Shown one piece after another: positions 59,786-64,000 of a stretch of DNA of 64,000 nucleotides. Under the pieces are notes generated by a model. It searched no databases. It saw only the letters and a list, made by a program, of their open reading frames with translations, and was not told the origin of the DNA. The first letter of the stretch is position 1, and each line of letters opens with the position of its first letter. The position numbers and the translations under genes were made by a program. Source of the DNA: an uncultured SAR86 cluster bacterium (lineage in GTDB: Bacteria; Pseudomonadota; Gammaproteobacteria; Magnimaribacterales; D2472); the NCBI GenBank assembly GCA_902622845.1, contig CACNRI010000001.1, forward strand, positions 364,678-428,677. Direction: 5' to 3'.

Positions 59786-60439
59786 ATGAAGATCAAATTT
59801 ATTGTAATTTTTCTCTTAAATATTTCAATTTTGCTTTCATCTTATTCGTTTGCAGATTTTGAACCTGGATTATCTGCTAAACCCATTAACTGTAATGGCA
59901 GATTAGTTCATTGGAATCTCTATGAAATTTCTATTAACCCATCTACCACATCTAACACTATGGGTTTTCAAAAGTATTGGATGGGTTTTCACAGAGACGG
60001 CAGCGTCTTATCCCCACTTTATCTATATGCATATGATTTTGGATTGGTAAAAAGTGCGGCAGAAAAGGGTACCTCCGATATATCTCTTTATGAATCCAGC
60101 GATGACACATATCTTAATATTTCACTTAATAAGACAGATAATGTAAAAGGATGCTATGTTGAATTTCAATTAATGGGAAAAGTCAATTCACATCCAAAAA
60201 CTGGTACTTTTATTCTAGATGAGTTCTGGTTTAAAGTGAATGCCTCTGGTTTTATATCATTTAACAACTCTAATAATACAAATAATGCTTTAGGGCTGGC
60301 CGATAGCTTTACTTTAAATGAAATGGAATTCCACTATATGTGTGATACCTATGAGCGAGCTAAAAATGCAGGCGGCCCCACTGATCCATGGTGTAATTTC
60401 TGGAAGAAAGGTCAGGTAAGCTTTACCCACATTAGATAA
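59786..60439 (+). CDS. hypothetical exported protein
   Basis: 217-aa ORF starting 2 nt after kdsD. It has a signal-peptide-like N-terminus (MKIKFIVIFLLNISILLSSYSFA/DF) and a mature part with four Cys that looks beta-rich. I recognise no family. Confidence 0.6.
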   Translation: MKIKFIVIFLLNISILLSSYSFADFEPGLSAKPINCNGRLVHWNLYEISINPSTTSNTMGFQKYWMGFHRDGSVLSPLYLYAYDFGLVKSAAEKGTSDISLYESSDDTYLNISLNKTDNVKGCYVEFQLMGKVNSHPKTGTFILDEFWFKVNASGFISFNNSNNTNNALGLADSFTLNEMEFHYMCDTYERAKNAGGPTDPWCNFWKKGQVSFTHIR

Positions 60440-60874
60440 ATGAAAAAAAATACTCCCATATATGTACTAATTATCATTAATATAGTTCTATTTTTTTCAG
60501 TCTTATCAAATAAACAAGAATCATTTGAAGCCAATTACTTTGATAAAATTGATGTTTTTAACAGCAACCTTATGGAACTAGAGGATGAACTTATATCTTT
60601 AAAAAAAGAACTTGCCGAAATTACTTATACGTTAAGTCAGCCTAATCAGACACCTTATGATAATGAAGAAATAACTCCCTTTTTTGACGAAAGCAATCCT
60701 AAAAATGATGTTTATGATTATCCGACTCAAGAGCCATTTAGATCTCAGCAGGCCATCAATTCTAGATTGGAAAATCCGACATATGAAGAAGCTCTTGAAG
60801 AGGCATTTATGATTTTAGAAGACTTAGAAAATAAAGGTGTTTTTGATAACCAAGGAGACATTCCTCAGCAATGA
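60440..60874 (+). CDS. hypothetical membrane-anchored protein
   Basis: 144-aa ORF abutting the previous stop. It has one N-terminal TM helix (IYVLIIINIVLFFSVL), a short coiled-coil-like stretch and an acidic Pro/Glu-rich tail. Confidence 0.55.
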   Translation: MKKNTPIYVLIIINIVLFFSVLSNKQESFEANYFDKIDVFNSNLMELEDELISLKKELAEITYTLSQPNQTPYDNEEITPFFDESNPKNDVYDYPTQEPFRSQQAINSRLENPTYEEALEEAFMILEDLENKGVFDNQGDIPQQ

Positions 60875-61722
60875 CCAGAGTTGCCATAATAGGGTGCGGT
60901 TTTGTTGGGAATGCACTTAAGGCGGGCCTCAGAGACAATGTAAAGATTTTTGAGATAGATCCAAAATTTGAAACAAAAATTTCAGATCTCAAAGACTATA
61001 ATCCAGATCTAGTATTTATTTGTGTGCCAACACCAATGATCGATAATGCTGATCAAGATTTAGATATTTTAAAATCAGTAATAGAAGAGTTAAGAATAAA
61101 TGAAATAGAATGCTTAACCATCCTAAAAAGCACAGTTTTGCCAAATTACTTGGAAGATATTAGTAATAAGATATCAAAATTTGTCTACAATCCTGAATTT
61201 CTTCGGGAAAAACATGCTAATGAAGATTTTATCAACTCTAAGTTGATTGTATTTGGAGGAAATAAACTTTATACAAAAGAAGCAAGCAGTTTTTATAAAA
61301 ATTTCTCGTTGTGTAAAACTACTGATTACATTCATACTGATTTAATAACAGCTTCTTTAATAAAGTATTCGATTAATTCATTCTTAGCCACAAAAGTATC
61401 TTTTTTTAATGAATTAAACTCACTATTTCACAAAACCAATACAAAAGAAACATGGGAAGATTTTATTTCATACCTACAGCGAGATAATCGAATAGGAAAT
61501 AGTCACATGTCTGTTCCGGGCCATGATGGAAAAAAAGGTTTTGGGGGTGCATGCTTACCAAAAGACTCTTTTGCCTTTTATAAATACGCAAAAAATAAAG
61601 ATATAAATTTAAGCTTAATTAAAAAAGCTATAGATGTTAACAACAGCATAAGGCAAAAGTATAATATTGACGAAAGAGAAAGAAATCAAAAAATAAATTT
61701 TAAAATTCATAAAGATAGCTAA
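60871..61722 (+). CDS. UDP-glucose/GDP-mannose dehydrogenase family protein lacking the C-terminal domain
   Basis: 283-aa ORF with the Rossmann motif VAIIGCGFVGNAL, the NPEFLREK motif and the catalytic-Cys motif FGGACLPKD at residue 228. The protein ends about 55 aa later, with no UDP-sugar-binding C-terminal domain. Confidence 0.7.
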   Translation: MTRVAIIGCGFVGNALKAGLRDNVKIFEIDPKFETKISDLKDYNPDLVFICVPTPMIDNADQDLDILKSVIEELRINEIECLTILKSTVLPNYLEDISNKISKFVYNPEFLREKHANEDFINSKLIVFGGNKLYTKEASSFYKNFSLCKTTDYIHTDLITASLIKYSINSFLATKVSFFNELNSLFHKTNTKETWEDFISYLQRDNRIGNSHMSVPGHDGKKGFGGACLPKDSFAFYKYAKNKDINLSLIKKAIDVNNSIRQKYNIDERERNQKINFKIHKDS

Positions 61723-61726
61723 TTAT

Positions 61727-61813
61727 GCCCAGGTGGTGGAATTGGTAGACACAAGGGATTTAAAATCCCTCGAAGGCAACTTCGTGCCGGTTCAAGTCCG
61801 GCTCTGGGCACCA
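61727..61813 (+). tRNA. tRNA-Leu (UAA)
   Basis: 87-nt class II tRNA. Acceptor GCCCAGG/TCTGGGC. Anticodon stem AGGGA/TCCCT with loop TTTAAAA. Variable arm GAAG-GCAA-CTTC. T arm GCCGG-TTCAAGT-CCGGC. The CCA is encoded. Confidence 0.95.
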
Positions 61814-61843
61814 CTATTTTTGAAAAATAATTTATTTAACTTT

Positions 61844-62632
61844 TTAGTTTTTATCGAAAAAAAGTTTTTTGGCATAATCTCTCAGCATAAAGTCTTGATT
61901 ATTCATCTCTAGCAATTTTTCACCTAAACTTTTTCCTAATTCATCTAAGATCTTCTCAATTCTTATATCTATAGGATCATCAAGATTTGATGATGTAACA
62001 TTTTTTCTTACATTTCCAAATTTTAATATATCAACTCCATTTTTCTTTAATTGATTATTAAGACAAGTAACCGAATCTTCAAACTCTTCAGTAATTCCAC
62101 AAAAAAAGAATTTTCTTAAGGTTTTTTTTGCTAAATCTAAGTCATATAAATAACGATAGCCATCTCTTTTTTTTATTGCCTTTCCATTATCGTCTATTGA
62201 AAAGAATGAGCATTGGGAGTTTGAAACATGAACTCTCTCAAAATTATCTTCCATTGAGATTTCTAACCAATCTTTAAAATTATATTTTCTTGCATTTCTA
62301 GAAGTAATTGATGAATCTCTATTTTTTCTTTTAAAGGAATAAATTGATTTAACTCGCGTTATAGGATCTCGCAAGAAAGTCACAGAGTAAACATCTCTAT
62401 CTTTAATAAAGTTATATTTATTCGAAAAAGGATGAGGAAATTGATGTGATGATATAGATCTAAAGCTTTTAATTGAATGAACTATTTTTTCTATTTGGAA
62501 TGATGTATATCTAAAAAATGGAAACTTATTATCCTCAAAGAAGGCATCTTTGCCATAATTATCAATAAGTATTTGATCAAATGAAGTTCCTGAGTTTTTG
62601 AAGATATGATGATGAATAATAATTGGCTTCAT
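61844..62632 (-). CDS. sulfotransferase family protein
   Basis: 262-aa ORF convergent on tRNA-Leu. It has a 5'-PSB-like loop (HHIFKNSGTSF) and a 3'-PB motif (FLRDPITRVKSIYSF). Confidence 0.65.
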   Translation of the reverse strand: MKPIIIHHHIFKNSGTSFDQILIDNYGKDAFFEDNKFPFFRYTSFQIEKIVHSIKSFRSISSHQFPHPFSNKYNFIKDRDVYSVTFLRDPITRVKSIYSFKRKNRDSSITSRNARKYNFKDWLEISMEDNFERVHVSNSQCSFFSIDDNGKAIKKRDGYRYLYDLDLAKKTLRKFFFCGITEEFEDSVTCLNNQLKKNGVDILKFGNVRKNVTSSNLDDPIDIRIEKILDELGKSLGEKLLEMNNQDFMLRDYAKKLFFDKN

Positions 62633-62676
62633 AAAAAGAATATACTACACTAAGACATCTTTTTTATGTATTTATT

Positions 62677-63540
62677 TTGAATATACTTTGTGTTTCTAAT
62701 TGCAATATTCTGGGTATTAAGTGTACTTTGGAAGCAATCTTTCCCGATGCAATTATAGAAGATTATCTTATTCAAAAATTTTTAAGAGAGTCAAAGAATA
62801 TTCAAAAAAAGATTAATGATTTTGATTTAATTATTTCTACCGAAACAGTATCAAATGAAATTAAAAAATGGACATCAAAGCCAGATTTTATTGAAATAAA
62901 CCCAATTATCTTTCATGCTTTTCATCCAGATCAATGCTATTTATTTTTAGGTGATACTCATATCGGAGGGTTGCTAGGTGACTATCACTCTTTGAGCACA
63001 TTTTTAGGATTTAAAAAAGGCCTTTCAATTGAACAAACTGAAAAACTCATTAATAATATTTATAAAAATCCTCAGCTAATTAAATTAGGCTGGAATAGAT
63101 CAATACAAAACTTACAAACCGCTCATTCAGACATTTTTGATAGCATAATACCAATTCTTAAAACAATGTGCATAAGAGAGCCTTTTATGTATACACTTAA
63201 TCATCCTAAGATTAATATTTTGAGTTTAGTGGTCCAATTAAAATTAATGAATGCCGGACTTATAAATAAAATCTCAAATGATCTGCAAATCTTCGATAGT
63301 TTAAGCAGAAGCGTAGTCTGGTCAATTGAAAAAGAAGTCGCAGAATATTTTAAATTTATGAGCTATTCAGAAGCATACAAGGAATCTGAATCAAATCATT
63401 TTTTTAACAGATCAGTAATGATAGAAAAATCATACAAAATATATAGTGATTTTGAATTTGATATAAATGATCTTGTTATAAGAGGAAACTTAATTTCACA
63501 CGAAACTAGTGAAATTATAAATAATTATGAATCCATATAA
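62677..63540 (+). CDS. hypothetical protein, possibly WcbI-like (capsule polysaccharide modification family)
   Basis: 287-aa ORF with a TTG start, divergent from the sulfotransferase. The N-terminal ILCVSNCNILG resembles the GNCQ-type N-terminus I recall for WcbI-family proteins. The family assignment is weak. Confidence 0.4.
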   Translation: MNILCVSNCNILGIKCTLEAIFPDAIIEDYLIQKFLRESKNIQKKINDFDLIISTETVSNEIKKWTSKPDFIEINPIIFHAFHPDQCYLFLGDTHIGGLLGDYHSLSTFLGFKKGLSIEQTEKLINNIYKNPQLIKLGWNRSIQNLQTAHSDIFDSIIPILKTMCIREPFMYTLNHPKINILSLVVQLKLMNAGLINKISNDLQIFDSLSRSVVWSIEKEVAEYFKFMSYSEAYKESESNHFFNRSVMIEKSYKIYSDFEFDINDLVIRGNLISHETSEIINNYESI

Positions 63541-64000
63541 AAAATTACCAAGTTCAAGTTTTTGGAGAAGATCAATCTCTACAAAAATGAAATTTGAGAT
63601 TGATCCTGTAATCTCTACAAAGTTTAAAATTTCGAAAGAAGATAGAATTTGTACAGCTGGAAGTTGTTTTGCTCAAAATTTAGCAAAGGCTCTTAAAGCT
63701 AATGGATATAACTATCATGTTACAGAAAAACCAAAAAAAGGAATGTCAAAAGAAGAGATACACAAAAAAAATTATGAAATTTTTTCGGCAAGGTATGGGA
63801 ATATATATACAACCGTTCAGCTATATGAAATATTGAGAGAATCAATTGGTGAGATTGAAACCAGTCACTTAGTTTGGAAAAAGAAAGATCAAAATCTTTT
63901 TATTGACTCTTTGAGGCCAAATATTGGCGATAGTTTTGAAAATGCTGATGATGTTATCGATTCTCGTATTCAACATCTCAAATATGTTAAAAAAATTATT
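63527..64000 (+). CDS. GSCFA family protein (5' part; runs off the window end)
   Basis: An open frame from ATG 63527 to the window end (158 codons), not in the ORF track because no stop is reached. It contains the family-defining motif (ICTAGSCFAQNL). It overlaps the previous ORF by 14 nt. Confidence 0.7.
   Translation, partial: MNPYKKLPSSSFWRRSISTKMKFEIDPVISTKFKISKEDRICTAGSCFAQNLAKALKANGYNYHVTEKPKKGMSKEEIHKKNYEIFSARYGNIYTTVQLYEILRESIGEIETSHLVWKKKDQNLFIDSLRPNIGDSFENADDVIDSRIQHLKYVKKII

Overview
This 64-kb window is about one-third GC by eye and very gene-dense. It holds about 70 genes, most intergenic gaps are under 60 nt, many gene junctions overlap by 1, 4 or 8 nt, and GTG/TTG starts are frequent. 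It looks like chromosomal DNA from a streamlined gammaproteobacterium. A marine SAR86-like lineage is only a guess, based on AT-richness plus gamma-type synteny. Most of the content is housekeeping genes in blocks familiar from E. coli and Pseudomonas: aroK-aroB, mrcA, slmA, ilvE, lpxL/waaA, miaA-hflKC-purA, glyA-nrdR-ribD-ribBA-ribH-nusB, thiL/pgpA, xseB-ispA-dxs, an RND efflux pair, a DAHP synthase, scpAB-rluB, ubiG, pntAA-AB-B, gyrA-serC-pheA-tyrA-aroA-cmk-rpsA-ihfB-pyrF, pgi, uvrC-pgsA-kdsD. Several blocks are trimmed relative to those references: no pilMNOPQ, no hfq-hflX, no ribE, and an S1 protein with five domains. Three tRNA-type genes are present: Cys-GCA, Leu-UAA, and a structurally compromised Leu-UAG-like copy. 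The non-housekeeping parts are as follows. (1) A small cassette between tRNA-Cys and gyrA encodes an APS-kinase-like protein, a minimal HIGH-motif nucleotidyltransferase, the odd tRNA-Leu-like element and a sulfotransferase. I read it as a possible self-contained sulfation (PAPS-making and PAPS-using) module. (2) An orphan phage-lambda O/P-like (DnaT-like plus P-like) gene pair is packed directly behind the DAHP synthase gene. (3) A translationally coupled operon (glycosyltransferase, methyltransferase, unknown protein) plus a methyltransferase coupled to lpxL lie in the LPS core region. (4) After kdsD and tRNA-Leu there is an envelope/polysaccharide accessory region with two orphan exported proteins, a truncated UDP-glucose-dehydrogenase-like protein, a second sulfotransferase, a possible WcbI-like protein and a GSCFA-family protein. 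I saw no rRNA, CRISPR array, IS element, integrase or recognisable defence system. All functional calls come from motif recognition by eye in the supplied translations. No database search was run.
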